NCBI GenBank assembly: GCA_963514005.1 | Contig: OY740783.1 | Location: 120,280,001 to 120,344,000 of the forward strand | Origin: Raja brachyura | Taxonomy: Eukaryota | DNA: 64,000 nt | Direction of reading: 5' to 3' | Shown here: piece after piece, positions 51,293 to 64,000 of the stretch | Layout of the letters: each line of letters starts with the position of its first letter | How positions within the stretch are numbered: position 1 is the first letter of the stretch | Position numbers and translations under genes: made by a program | Notes under the pieces: generated by a model | What the model saw: the letters and a program-made list of their open reading frames with translations, nothing else | Database searches by the model: none | Told to the model about the DNA's origin: nothing

Positions 51293-53770
51293 GAATGAAT
51301 GAATAGGTTTATTGGCCAAGTATTCACATACAAGGAATTTGCTTGGTGTTCTGCCCACGTGACAACGTGACATACAGTGACAGTTACGAATGACACATAA
51401 AACACTAAACATTGATAATAAAACACCATTGATCAAACATGTGAACCAAACAAAATACCAGAGCAAAAGGAGCCTACAGATTGTTGGATATTGAGTAGAG
51501 CTTCTACTCATGGAAAAAAAGCTGTTTTTATATCTGGCTGTGGCAGCTTTGACAGTTCGGAGTCGCCTTCCAGAGGGAAGTGATGATCTTACCCGCTCGC
51601 TTCCTGGCCCTTGCAGTGTACATTTTGTCAATGGAGGGAAGGTTGCAGCCAATAAATTTCTCAGCTGATCGGCCGATTCGCTGCAGCCTCTGGGTGTCGT
51701 GCTTGGTGGCTGAGCCAAACCAGACCATGATGGTGAAGGTGAGGACAGACTCTACGATGGCCGTATAGAATAGGACCATCATTGCCTGTGGAAGATTGTG
51801 CTTCCTCAGCTGCCGAAGGAAGTACATCCTCTGTTGTGCCTTTTTTGACTGTGGAGTCGATGGTAGCTCCCCACTTAAGGTCCTTTGAGATGATGGTAGC
51901 AATGTTACAAAATTTTGAGATTTTAAAAATCAAGTCTGCAATTTATCCCATCAGATAAAGCATAAAAAGAAGTTTAATTTGACACCTAATTCACTTTCAT
52001 ATCTTCAGTATTAAGAAAGTTATGACCATTTCCATGCTCGGAAATTAGCATCTTGTTCCCCATTGCCTTTCAATTGACTTAACTCAAAAGCTGTGATCTA
52101 GAACCGTTAAAAGCCCATAACTTTCTTAAAGATTAAGAGAACTCAATGAAATTTTCAGTTATTATAGATTGAAGCATTCTGAAACAAATATGAAACAATC
52201 TTACTTGGATGACCTGAAATTAAAGCATATAATTAGTTAGTTATCTAATTGTAGCTAATTACAAAATTCAATGAGTAGATCTAAACATCTATCCATTTCT
52301 TAAGAAAAGATAAACTTTTTTTTTAATTGCCCAAGTGTCCAAATAACATTCACACAATAATCCACAATATAACATAATTTATTTATCTCATTTTCATGAA
52401 TTTCTGGGCCAAATGGAAGGAATTTAGTGTTTAATGCCTGTAAATTAATGGCCATTTAAATCAACTAGCGAGTGGGTTTTTAGTGGAATGCGGTGGATTG
52501 GAACGTTGTGGTTTACGGTGAAGTCGGGAGGAAAAATACTGTTGGTTCATACATTTTTTTTGGACCTCATTTCGCAACATGAAAATATTATTAAAGCCTC
52601 CATAAAAACCAACTTTTAATATAAAAATAAACTGTGTACCTTTTTTTCTCCCCTATGCAAAATCCTTCCCGTTGTCGGCGCTCACGGCTTTTGAAGGTGA
52701 TTTTTAAATTACTCTAGATAATAAATAATCTAGCGTAATTTAAAAATACCTTCATTAATGAAATGTCGGGGGGATTTTTCTTCCGCAACGAAATCGCCTG
52801 ACATGGATCGATTTGCCCAGTCTGTAGCAAAACGGCACTTTAAGCCCGCCCCCTCTGAAAGGCGCCAAAGTCACGCACACGGGGAGCGGCAGAACTGCAG
52901 CGCTGCTCAAGGTAAGTTTTGTAAATACCGAATGATGGTTCCCAGGAACTTAAAAGACTCCACAAATATGACTGTGGTGTTGTTGATGGTGAGTGGGGTG
53001 AGGGGAGGGGGTGCTCTCCTAAAGTCTGAAATCAATTCCACTGTCTTAAGAGCATTGAGCTCTAGGTTGTTGCGTTGGAACCAGGACGCCAGCCGTGACA
53101 CTTCCTGTCTGTAGGCAGATTCCTCCCCATCCTGGATCAGGGTTGTGTCATCCACAAACTTAAGAAGCTTGACAGAGGAGTCTGTGGAAGTGCAGTCATT
53201 TGTGTAGAGAGAGTAGATGAGAGGGGAGAGTGCGCAGCCTTGCGCTGCTCCTATGCTGAGGGTTTGCGTGTCCGAGATGTGCTTTCCCAGCCTCACATGC
53301 TGCTTCCTGTCTGTCAGGAAGCTGGTGATCCACCGACAGAGGGGTTCAGGCACAGACAACTTGGAAAGTTTGGAGTGTAGTAGCTCTGGCACAATGTTGT
53401 TGAATGCAGAGCTAAAATCAACAAACAAAATCCTCGCATAGGTCCGCTGGTGGTCTAGGTGCTGGAGGATGAAGTGCAGGCCCAGGTTGACTGCGTTATC
53501 CACAGATCTATTGGCCTGATATGCAAACTGCAGAGGGTCCCTTTTGGGTACAGGGACAATAGTGAAGACTTTGAAGCAGGCAGGGACAGTACAGGTTTGC
53601 ATGTTTTAATCTACACAGGTTAAAAATATCTGTGTAGATCGGTGCCAGTTGTTCGGCACAAAGCTTGAGAATAGAGGGGGAAACATTGTCCAGTCGTGGA
53701 GACACATCCGGTCTGGTCCTAAAGGACACATTCACATCAGATCAAAAATATTTCCTTTGCTGGGATTTTC
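51293..53770 (-). mobile_element. Rex1/Babar-type LINE, interrupted by the hAT-like element
   Basis: DPLQFAY, LFVDFSSAFN, QGCALSP, KFVDDTT, KKAQQRMYFLRQL; (ttca)n tail. Confidence 0.9.
51897..52931 (-). mobile_element. Non-autonomous hAT-like DNA transposon (copy 2), inserted in a Rex1/Babar RT
   Basis: Reverse complement of 9429-10461; TSD (g/a)atgatgg; splits the Rex ORF at FKFLGTII|SKDLKWG. Confidence 0.8.
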
Positions 53771-53912
53771 ACAGTCACCCCACCACTAGAAATGTCTAAA
53801 TTTCACATTTTACTGTCATGGTTTATTGTCACATACGTGCATGTATAGTGAGGTACGGGTACAATGAAAATCTTGCTTGCAGCAGCATCAGAGGTACATA
53901 GACTGATACATA

Positions 53913-54319
53913 GAGGAAAAATACTGTTTGTTCATAGATTTTTTGGGACCCCATTTCGCAACATGAAAATATTATTAAAGCCTCCCGAAAAAACAACTTT
54001 TAATAAAAAAATTAACTATTTACCTTTTCTTCTCCCCTACGCAAACCCATTCAGGTTGTCGGCGCTCACGGCTTTTGAAGGTGATTTTTAAATAACTCTA
54101 GTTAATAAATAATTTAGAGTAATTTAAAAATGCCTTCATTCATCAAATGTCGAAGCGATTATTCTTCCGCAACCAAATCGCCCAACATTCATCGATTTGT
54201 CCTGCCTGTTGAAAAACGGCACTTTAAGCCCCCCCCCCCTCTGAAAGGCGCCAAAGTCGCGCACACGGGGAGCGGCAGAACTGCAGCGCTGCTCAAGGTA
54301 AGTTTTGCAACATACCTAT
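53913..54319 (-). mobile_element. Partial third copy of the same hAT-like element
   Basis: Matches parts of 52530-52930 and ends in TIR ttttgcaacataccta. Confidence 0.8.
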
Positions 54320-57300
54320 ATTACATGTAAACAGACCCTTCAGCTCAAAGAGTTCATGCTATCCATCTAATATCCATTCACACAAGTTTTATGATAACCT
54401 GCTTTTGCATCCACTCCCCCACACACTTGGGGCAATTTACAGAAGACAATTTGACCTACAAACCCGTTTGTCTTTGGGATGTGGGAGAAAATTCCCATGT
54501 TCATAGGGAGAGCATGCAAACTCTACACAGACAGAATGCGATTTCAGGATTGAACCAGGTTCTCATGCGCTGTGAAGCAGTAGCTCCACCAGATGAACCA
54601 CTGTGCTGTCTTTCAAGAAGATATTTCTCATCCCTTTCCCCTGTTGGGAATAGAAGGAAAGAGAACAGCTCCAGATGTGGATTTGAGAATAGTGCAGGAC
54701 AATGGAATATCAGCTATATTTTCATCAAATCGTGAAGCAGGTTTGAGTTGTCTGGTTGTTAGTTTGACTCATGACTATTTTCTGATGTTTGTAAAAGGAA
54801 AATCAGTCTGCAATTATTAAAACCAGTAACCTGAAGAATTGTTCCATTTTGAGTAGTGATGACTGACTGTGGTCCCAGCCTGACTTCAAGTGGATATTTT
54901 TTAACAGAACAGTGAACTACAAGTGACAAATCATGCAGGAACAAAATGCTACATTCTGGAGATCCTTGTTAATAGATATAGAAACCACTCACTGTATTGA
55001 TGATTGTTTTTGTTTTATTTTTCCGTATTATGGAGGAATGTTACACCATTAATTGCATCACAGCTTGGTTTGGGTACCACTCTACCCAAGACTTCAAGAA
55101 ATTCCAGTTGTGGATGTAGCCTTGTCCATCGCACAGACTACCTTCCCCACCATCGATTTCATCTGCACTTCACACTGCTTTACTGGGGTGTGCGTTGGGT
55201 GAAAGATTAGTCAATACTTGGAGGTTGGAATGCGAGTTGAACGTGAGTGAGAGTGGGATCAGCTCATTCTGACATATCTTGAACGACTTTTCTGAATTAT
55301 TTCAATTTCCCTTTTGAAATTTGTTTTCAGAATGTTTGCCCACAAGGAGGTGATGGTGAGAACCTTCTTAAACCACTGCAGTGAAGTTGCACCCACTAGG
55401 CTGTTGGGAAGTGAGTTGCAGGATACAGACCCAGTGAAGATGAAAGAAGACATAATAAATCGGAGAATGCACTCAGAATCCCTTTCACTTTGATCATAAT
55501 CCTTCAAAGATTCATCAATCTTCTCATTAAATATCTCTTATGATCCATCCTCTGCAATAGAGGATTTCAGAGACCTGAAGATATTTTCAGATCAGGGTGG
55601 TGTGCGAATGGTAAAATCTGCAGGTGATGTTACCATGCATCTGCTGCAATTGTCCTTCATGATGGAGGTCACGGGTATTGATGGAGCAGGGTGCATGAGT
55701 AACTGCACTATACTTTGGAGATGGGTACACACTGCAGCCAAGGCCCAACACTGGAGGAAATGGGTATTATTGTTGACTGGTTGGCTGTTGAGGTCCCAAT
55801 CAAAGCAGCTGCTTTCTTCTTCTTAGTGTTGAGTTGTTGAACGCTGTTCTCATCCAAGTAAATGAAAGTTCTTCATCACGTTCCTGACTTGTGCTGTGTA
55901 GATGGCGAGTGTCGGCAGGAGGTAAATTGCCTCAGACTGACCTGCTCTAATAGAAGCAGTATATGCATGGTAGTCTAATGACTACGTCATTTTGCTCTGT
56001 GCAAGCCTGGGCTGCATTATTTGCTGAGGAATGACACTTTGTGAAATCAATGATTATTTCCATTTCGTGACCTGATGATGGAAAGAGGTTTATTGATAAA
56101 GCAACTTAAAGTGATTGAGCCGAAGATATGGCAATACTTCAAGAATTACCACACCCTGGTTGGACATGCGAAGGAGAGTCCACTGCAATATGTAATCCTT
56201 TGCATGATATTTCCACGCCATTAATATGCCACACCATGACGATTATTCCGACATTCCCACATTCCATGAACTCCAGGCACACACAGACACACCTCTGCCC
56301 CCTTCTCTCACAAAAGTAATGACTTTCCCTCATTCCACCACGAACTCATTTAGCTGCTGTCTCAGAGAATCACTTAACAGAACTCAGTTCAGATGGAGCA
56401 GCCTCAGTTTCTCTCGTCAATCCACATAACTGAACCTTCTCATCTCTGAGGCATTTTAGATAAATCACTTTGCTATACTCCCTATCTTTCCTAAAATATT
56501 GGTGGGCAGACATTTATGGAAGGTTCATCAAGACTCCCTTATTCAAGGAACAATGTACAAGACTATCAAACCTAATTTCCTTTCTACTGCTAGAGAATGG
56601 TGTCCTCTCGTTCAAATTTCTGACTTCAAAGATATAATTGTTCAATATTAAATTCCACCTGGTGCCTGTTCATCCATTCTAACCCTGCATTTATCAGTTT
56701 GTATAAAATTATTATTATCCTCACTCTTTGTGGTACTTTATTTGTCACGTACCGAGGTACAGTGAAATTCATTTTTGTATACAGTTCAATACAAGCATCA
56801 CTATACTTACATACATATTAGACAAGCATCTCAGATACAGCTCAAATGTATAGCAGTAGCACATCAATACAGTGTACAGAGTCGCCAGTTTGGCACCATT
56901 TTCATGTTGTCCTAGTGTCCTGGCGGCGTTGCAGGGTCGGCCCGGCCAAGCATTGCCATGGTGTCTTCCGCTGCTGCTCCACCACTGTAGGCCGCGTCCA
57001 GTCCATGTGCTCGGCATCTTGGAGCGGCGCCCGGACCAGCCAAGCTCCAGGCAGTTGCAGAACCTCCAACGGCCCACACCCCCATCAAGTCCGTGTGCTC
57101 CCTCCCACAGCTGGTCTGCTTACCAGCTTCCAGGTGGGGTCCCGTGGGTCCTCGATCCGATGCCGTTGAGCCGGGCCTTCCGGACGGGTTCCAGTCTGCA
57201 GGTCCACCGTCGGTAGTGGGCAAGCCTGGCCTTCTGGGGGGGGGGGGGGGGGGGGGGTTCCTTTCTACGACGCAGGTCATGGTTCCACCATCTGCGGCAG

Positions 57301-59059
57301 GCGAGTTCACGGACCCCGGGGGGCGAGTTGGACTAACCGAGCGGATTCCGTCCTTCAGCGGATGAGTCAAGCCCACTGGGCAGGCTAGTCCTCAGGCTAC
57401 GGGCCGCGGCTTCCCGGGATATTCCCCCCGCCGCATGGCTTCCTCTTTCCTACAACTTCAAGTTTGGTTCATCAGCAAGTTATTATTATATTTCAAGAAT
57501 TTCAAATGTGTTGTCCTTTTCGAAGATGCTTCTTTGGTAAAGATACTTTGAGAAAATTCTTATTTTATAACACAGCCACACTCTATGCTTGTACTTGGTC
57601 TCCAATGAGCTCCACTTTTCCTGTCTACCGCTCTCAGTCACATTTTTGTGGAATATTTTGTGATTTCTTTTCTTTGGTTTTGGTGTTCCGGACGGCATTT
57701 AATTTTTGGTTCACTTTCCCTCTGAATGTTCTGCAATGAGCCCAGTTGTTTCAATTGCGTCCGACACCTAACATTGTCTGATGGGTCGCAACCTGAAATA
57801 TCATCTATCCACGTCTGCCAGAGATACTGACTGACTCGCTGAGTTACTCCAGCTGTGAGTCGGCTGCCCTGCCAGCAGCATGTTCGTTATTTTGACATTT
57901 TTTGTTTTTTTTAATATGTCTAAGTGTTTGTTTGGGGTGTTTCTTGGTGTGTCTCGTGTGGGGGGTAGTGGGGAGAAAAGGGGGAAACTGTTTTTCAGTC
58001 GCTTCCTCGACGGAGAGGTGACTTTTTCCATGTCACTTCCCTGCCTTCTCTCCGGCACACTAACAACTTGGATTGGAGCGCCCTTTCCCGGAGTCGGGCC
58101 CAAAGCTTCAGCAGCGGGCGCAGCGTGGACTTTTCCATCGCGGAGCGGGGCAAACCCTTGCTGGAGATTCCCAGTAACGAGTGCTCAGATCGGTGGCCTG
58201 GTGACTTTGACATTGTGGGGGCTGTGGTCTCCGGAGCTTCTAGCCGCGGGCGTGGCGTGGACTTATCATCCGGAGTCTGGGATCCCTTGCCAGGGATCGC
58301 TGGAGAAGAGCTCCGACCGCCGGCCTGCGGACTATAACATCTTGAGGTTGCGGTCTCCGGTGGGAAAACGGCCGATTCAGGCACTCCAAGCCACAGAGTG
58401 TATTTGAACATCCCGACGTTGGACTTTTGATCATCCCGACGAGAGGGCCTGTACATCCGGCCGTCCGTAGCGGCGACTACGGAGGGTTTCAAGAGTCAAG
58501 CATGTAAAGAGAATTTATTGTCATGTGTCCCAGTTCGGACAATTAAATTCTTGCTTGATTTATGGCCCCGACCACGGATGAACAAAGGGAGGAGGACTAG
58601 CTGAACTTTGTGGCCTTCCACCACAGTGAAGAATGCTGCTGTGGATATTTATGTTAAATTCTATTGTGTATTGTGTGTTCTTTTTTTCAACTGTATCGCT
58701 GCTGGCAAATTCATTTCACTGTACCTTGGTTGGTGCATGTGACAAATAAATTTGACTTTGACTTTGAATTTACCAAGTCCACATTACAAAACAAGAGGCA
58801 TGTTGGAGATTCAAATGAGGACCATCGAGCACACATACACACATCATTAATTTTAGTATCAAACAAAATACAAGTGCTGGAGAACTCAGCAGGTCAGGCA
58901 TCAACTGTGGAGGGAATAAACAGACAATGTTTCAGGTCGGGATTCACATATTCGCACACATATTCCCTTTTTGAACGTCTGCCTCTCACTTTAAGTAAAA
59001 CATCAAAAGACTGATTGTGCTCCATTGCCATGGACAGCCCAGTCCATCTCATAGTTATT

Positions 59060-59450
59060 TGTTTCATTCACAGTGAAGCAGCCAGAAAACCAACTGCTGC
59101 TCTGTATTAAAATATACGTATGATCTGTGGAGACAGGCAATGCAAAGCCAAATCAAAAACATTCTCTTCTCTTATTGAACGTTCAAGTCCCTCAGGCTCG
59201 CTGGGACCAAGACTCCTTGCTGCTTCCTGCAGTTTTCTGAGTTGTGCGGTAAACACAGAGTGTAAAAGGGCTCCAGAGACTTTGCAAGAATTGTCAGCCG
59301 GCATCAAATGGCAAAGTCCATTTTGAAACACTGCATTTCAGTCACCCAGTCCCCGTCCTTGCTGAATCTGAGTGGAACTGGCAGATGCAATGATGGTGTC
59401 ACTCTCTGGCTCAGATCTCCACCCTATGCTGCAAAGTGTACACCCAACAA
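59060..59450 (-). pseudogene. Decayed duplicate of the receptor promoter/5'UTR/leader exon (leader 59122-59162)
   Basis: Colinear with 50430-50835 (e.g. gagtgtaaaagggctc.agagactttgcaagaattgtcag; gaatctgagtggaactg). Leader is 8 nt shorter (frameshift) and donor GTAAGT has become ATACGT. Confidence 0.8.
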
Positions 59451-59944
59451 TCAAACTGTAGATTGGAACAAGGTCCCAGACGTCCCATAGAAGGTGTAGC
59501 TGCTCACATAACAGCATCAAGGTCCAGTCAACTGTCTTCCAGTTGTCTCCTCTCTGTGGGTGACTGGAGTCCCTGAGCTAAAATGTGCAATAATTCACAA
59601 AACTCCCTGAGGGATATTTTGAATAGATTTCACAGTAGAGCAATAAAATGGAGACAAAAAACTGTAGGACTCATTTTAATCTGCCCACATCCGCATCAAC
59701 TCCAACACTTCTCCTCCACACCCAAGTTTTTACCACTCACCTATTTGAGGGACAAATTAATGTTGCATGAGTACAAAAACTTCTGAACAGCTCCAGAGAC
59801 GAGAGTTCAATCCTAATCTGTGATACCCTGGGATGTGGGAAGAAACCAGGGCAAACTGCACCCAAAGATACACAGGTTGTTGGGTGAGTTTGTGTGTGGG
59901 CCCTGGGAAATCCAAGGATCCATAAACCCATCTTCATCAAAAAA

Positions 59945-60605
59945 TCCCACAAATTTCCTGCGTTCCTGGGTGTGCAGATCTCTGTCCTTGACCCAGCAAA
60001 TTAATGCAATCAGAAAGAATGCCCATCAACACCTCTACGTCCTTAGAAGATTGAGGAGATTTGGTATGTCGACGAATGCAGCTGTATGGTAGAGAGCACA
60101 TTGATTGGTTGCATCCCGGCCTGGTTCAGCAACTCGCACATCCGTAAACAAAGAACATTACATAAAGTGGTGAACACTGCCCGGTCCATCACAGGTACTG
60201 ACCTCCCCACCTTCGAAGGGATCTATAAGAAGCGCTGTTTCAAAACGGCAACGAGCAACGTCAAGGACCCACACCAGCCTGGCCATGCTCTCCTTTCACT
60301 CCTGCCATCAGGACCATGGTACAGGAACCTGAAAACTAATGTCCAGGTTCAGGAACAGCTTCTCCCCAACAACCATTAGGCTATTAAATACTAGGAATGC
60401 CGACTAAACTCCAAACTCTGCGTAGCTCCAGAGCCTTTGAGTTTTGATTTGACCTTGCTAATCTATTTTGTCTATTTTTTTAATTGAATATGTTTTGGTC
60501 GTTATGTTTTCTGTTGAGAACAATGTTTACAAACCTGTTATGCTACAAGTAAGAATTTAGTTGTTCCTTTTCGATTCGTATGACAATAAAACATTCTTAA
60601 TTATC
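59945..60605 (+). mobile_element. Rex1/Babar-type LINE 3' fragment (similar fragments at 33480-33770 and 43770-44220)
   Basis: KNAHQHLYVLRRLRRF, ESTLIGCIPAWF, KDPHQPGHALLSLLPSG. Confidence 0.75.
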
Positions 60606-61419
60606 TTGAATTCTCCATGAGGCGATGAATCGGGGGAAGAGTTGAATGGAATGCGCATGGAACGGCATCAGTCAACATGGGTCACAAAATGCTGGAGTAA
60701 CTCAACGGGTCAGGCAGCATCGCTGGAGAACATGGGTAGCTGTTGTTTCGGGTCAAATCCGGTCTTCTGAAGACACTTCTTTGCAAATCAAGGCTGGGAC
60801 TCTCAGAAAGTAACTCGCTTGACTGCCCACCCCACACAAAGAGTTGCTACTTTTTATGGCATGTTTAACTCTGTATGTCCTACCCCCGGTACATTTCCAT
60901 ACCCAATCACTTGCAGACATTCCCTTATCAATAACCTATCACTAGCAAACATTCCCTTAGCAATAACCAATCACTCGCATTCACTTTTCCCCTCCTACCC
61001 CAGTTATTTTCCATCCCTTAATCCATTCTTTTTTGAACACATGACTTCTCCTATTTGGTCCCCCTTACATCCGCTCATCCAGCTAGGGTTTGTTATAGAG
61101 TTACAAACCACATGACCTCTCCTATCTTGCCTCCCCCTTTTCTCTTCCTCATCCAGCTCGGGGTTTGTTACTGAGTTACAAAGGTCATATACCTGTCATA
61201 ATAGATTTACACTAATTGCTGTGAGAGAAGAACCCAAAGCTTACAAAAACGAACAAAAATGAACACAGAGCACACAAGGTATATATAAACATGCAGAATT
61301 TCCAAAGTTGAAATACAAAGGATAAAAGTTAAATATGTCAAGTATTACAAACACTAAGGATATAAAAAATATAAAGGTACAATGACTGATTTCTATACTC
61401 CCATAAGGTCCCAACCCAA

Positions 61420-63360
61420 AATTGGTCTGGAATTTCGATTCTGCCATTTGAAGAAATTAATTAAGTCCTTTACTGTCAATAATATCAAAGGAAGATTTAG
61501 CAATAAAAATTGGTATCGTCTGAAATAAATACAAAAAGTTAGGTAAGATAACCATTTTAATAGCATTGATTCGGCCTATTAAAGATAAGGGCATTGGTGA
61601 TCATTTAGTGAACTGTTGTTTAATATGGTCAATTAAAGGCGTAAAATTGGCTTTAAATAAATCCTTATGTTTCTTGGTAATAATAATGCCTAAATAAGTA
61701 AAATATTTGGTGGTCAATCTAAATGGAAACTGTCCATAATTCGAAACTAGATTGTTTAATGGAAAAAGCTCACTCTTATTAAGATTTAGTTTATAACCAG
61801 AAAAAACTACAAAATTGATTAAATAATGCTACTATAGCCGAAATAGATTTCACAGGGTTAGAGATGAATAATAACAGATCATCTGCATAAAGAGATAGCT
61901 TATGTGTCTTATTCCCACGGACTATACCAAAAATATTAGGGGATTCCCTAATAGTGGTGGGAAAGGTTCCAAAGCGATATCAAACAGTAAAGGACTTAAA
62001 GGACAGCACTGTCTAGTACCTCAAAAGAGCCTGAAAAAGGGGGATCTCTGATTATTGGTAAGTACAGAAGCCTGAGGTATATGATATATCAGCTTGATCC
62101 AATAAATACATTTTCGACCAATCTTAATTTTTTCAAGTGTATTGAATAAGTATTCCCATTCTACTCTATCAAAAGCCTTCTCAGCATCATGAAATTACAC
62201 ATTCTGACGTTTTATTTGACACTGTATATACAATATTCATTAATCTCCTAACGTTAAAGTATGAGTAACGATTTTTAATAAAACCTGTCTGATCTTCAGA
62301 AATAATTTGCGGTAAAATATTTTCCAATCTCATAGCTAATATTTTGGAAAGACTTTTGGAATCTACGTTTAACAGTGATATAGGTCTAAATGACCTCACT
62401 TCAGTAGGTTCGTTATCTTTTTTAAGAATTAAAGAAATAGATGCTTCATAAAAGGATTGTGGCAATCTATTCACTAAAAAGGCTTCTTTAAAATCTTGCA
62501 TAACCAGGGAGACAGTAAACTTGAGAAATACTTTAAAAATTCCACTGTAAACCCATCTAAACCAGGAGCTTTACCAGGATTCATCGAAACGATTGCTTTC
62601 TGTATTTCTTCCTCCGTGAAGATATCATCTAACAACAGAGACTCATTATGTGGTAAATTTGGCAAGTTCAGTTTCTTTAAAAACTCATGCATTATATTGG
62701 AATCAGTAGGAAATTCTGATTGATATAGGGAGGTATAAAATTCCTGAAAGGATTTCTTAATTTCATCATGGTCTACGGTCAATGTACCATCCCGTTTACT
62801 CACTTTAGTAATCTGACGTTTGGCTAACACAGCTTTCAACTGATTGGCGAGTAATTTACCAGATTTATCGGCATGTATATAAAATTGACTTTTGGTATTA
62901 GGTAACTGATTCTCAATCGGTGATAGTAATACCAAATCATGTCTAGATTCTTATAGAGCTCCAGACTAGGAGCTATTGAATATTTTTTACCAATTTCTTT
63001 AATCTCGTCAGCCAATATACGTATTTCATTTTGAGTTTGTTTTTTTAATCCTGCGTAGTATGAAATAACTTGTCCACGAATATATGCCTTAAAAGCATCC
63101 CATACTACACCATTGGATATTTCTTCAGTAGAATTTGTTAAGAAGTATCAACTATATTTGGAAAAAAATGCTATATTATTTGTTATATATATGGCCTCTA
63201 ATAAAAATATATTCAAAAAAAAAAAAAGAATTTGTTAAGAAGAAAAAAGCAATCTGATCTTTAATAAAATTAACAACATTTAGATCTTGAAGCAAAGTAG
63301 TATTAAATCGCCATTGCTTAGCACTAAACTTGGAATCAGGTAGTTTAATTTGAGGAATCA
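61420..63360 (-). mobile_element. L1-clade LINE ORF2 remnant
   Basis: WRFNTTLL, DKSGKLLANQL, GKAPGLDGF, FRPISLLNVDSK, DQTGFI, DAEKAFDRVEW, YADD. Confidence 0.9.
63146..63226 (+). mobile_element. 81-bp polyadenylated retroinsertion with 16-bp TSD inside the L1
   Basis: TSD agaatttgttaagaag (63130-63145 and 63227-63242); AATAAA followed by an A tail. Confidence 0.85.
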
Positions 63361-63630
63361 GGTAGTCCCCTAATTTGAGGAAGGACATTCGTGCTATTGA
63401 GGGAGTACAGCGTAGGTTTACAAGGTTAATTCCCGGGATGGCGGGACTGTCATATGCTGAGAGAATGGAGCAGCTGGGCTTGTACACTCTGGAGTTTAGA
63501 AGGATAAGAGGGAATCTTATTGAAACATATAAGATTGTTAAGGGCTTGGACACACTAGAGGCAGGAAACGTGTTCCCGATGTTGGGGGAGTCCAGAGCCA
63601 GGGGCCATAGTTGGAGAATAAGGAGTAGGA
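63361..63630 (+). mobile_element. CR1 LINE fragment
   Basis: RKDIRAIEGVQRRFTRLIPGMAGLSY; near-identical to the subfamily at 6676-7857. Confidence 0.9.
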
Positions 63631-64000
63631 CATTTCAGTGGGGAAGGTGCAAGTCGGCCCCCTGGCAGCAGCGTGTCCGTTTTTTTCTACTTTTTTCATT
63701 TTTTTAGTATGTTTTTAATGTTTCTTTGTGTGTTTTGTGTGGGGGGTGGTGTGGGGGGGTGAGGGGGAAACTGTTTTGGTCGCCTCCTCCATGGCCTAAT
63801 AGCGAGTATTGGGTGGCCTTTCCCGGAGATGCGCCCGGGGCTTCAGCAGCGGGCGCAGTGCGAACTATCGGCGTGGAGCGGGTGCAGCGGGACTCTTGCC
63901 GTGGAGCGGGCGAGCTCTTGCTGGGGCTCGCCGGAGGGGAGTGCTCCGTTTCGCTGGCCCGCGGCAGCCTGCAGCCTGAAGTCGCGGTATGCAGAGCTCC

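Noticed and set aside
56840-58500. Many overlapping ORFs in GC-rich segments (also 45311-45975)
   Set aside because: They lie in a dispersed GC-rich repeat family with low stop-codon frequency and show no protein motifs.

Overview
Eukaryotic genomic DNA, most likely from a cartilaginous fish (skate/ray-type, inferred from HE1-like V-SINEs and the CR1/Penelope/Rex repeat content). Most ORFs in the track are transposon fragments or chance ORFs. One host gene can be assembled by hand on the minus strand over about 41 kb (50540 to 9216): a Siglec-15-like type I membrane receptor. Its exons are a leader, four tandem V-set Ig exons, a combined C2+TM exon, three cytoplasmic exons and a terminal exon, all joined in phase 1. 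Only the first V-set keeps the sialic-acid-binding Arg (CRVE). The TM lacks the DAP12-coupling Lys and the tail has YxxV motifs (IYSVV, IYATV), which suggests an elongated, inhibitory-type Siglec-15 relative. The locus shows birth-and-death evolution: a decayed duplicate promoter/leader (about 59.1 kb), a frameshifted cytoplasmic exon, and a 1.6 kb duplication whose copies share one ERV insertion (solo LTR versus internal region plus 3' LTR). A perfect 30-bp palindrome duplicating a STAT GAS motif lies upstream of the leader. The last intron holds a nested stack of ERV, Helitron-like, CR1 and DIRS1 elements. Many Penelope-derived short repeats carry minimal hammerhead-like motifs. No rRNA, tRNA gene or CRISPR array was seen. 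All homology calls are from motif recognition, not database searches.
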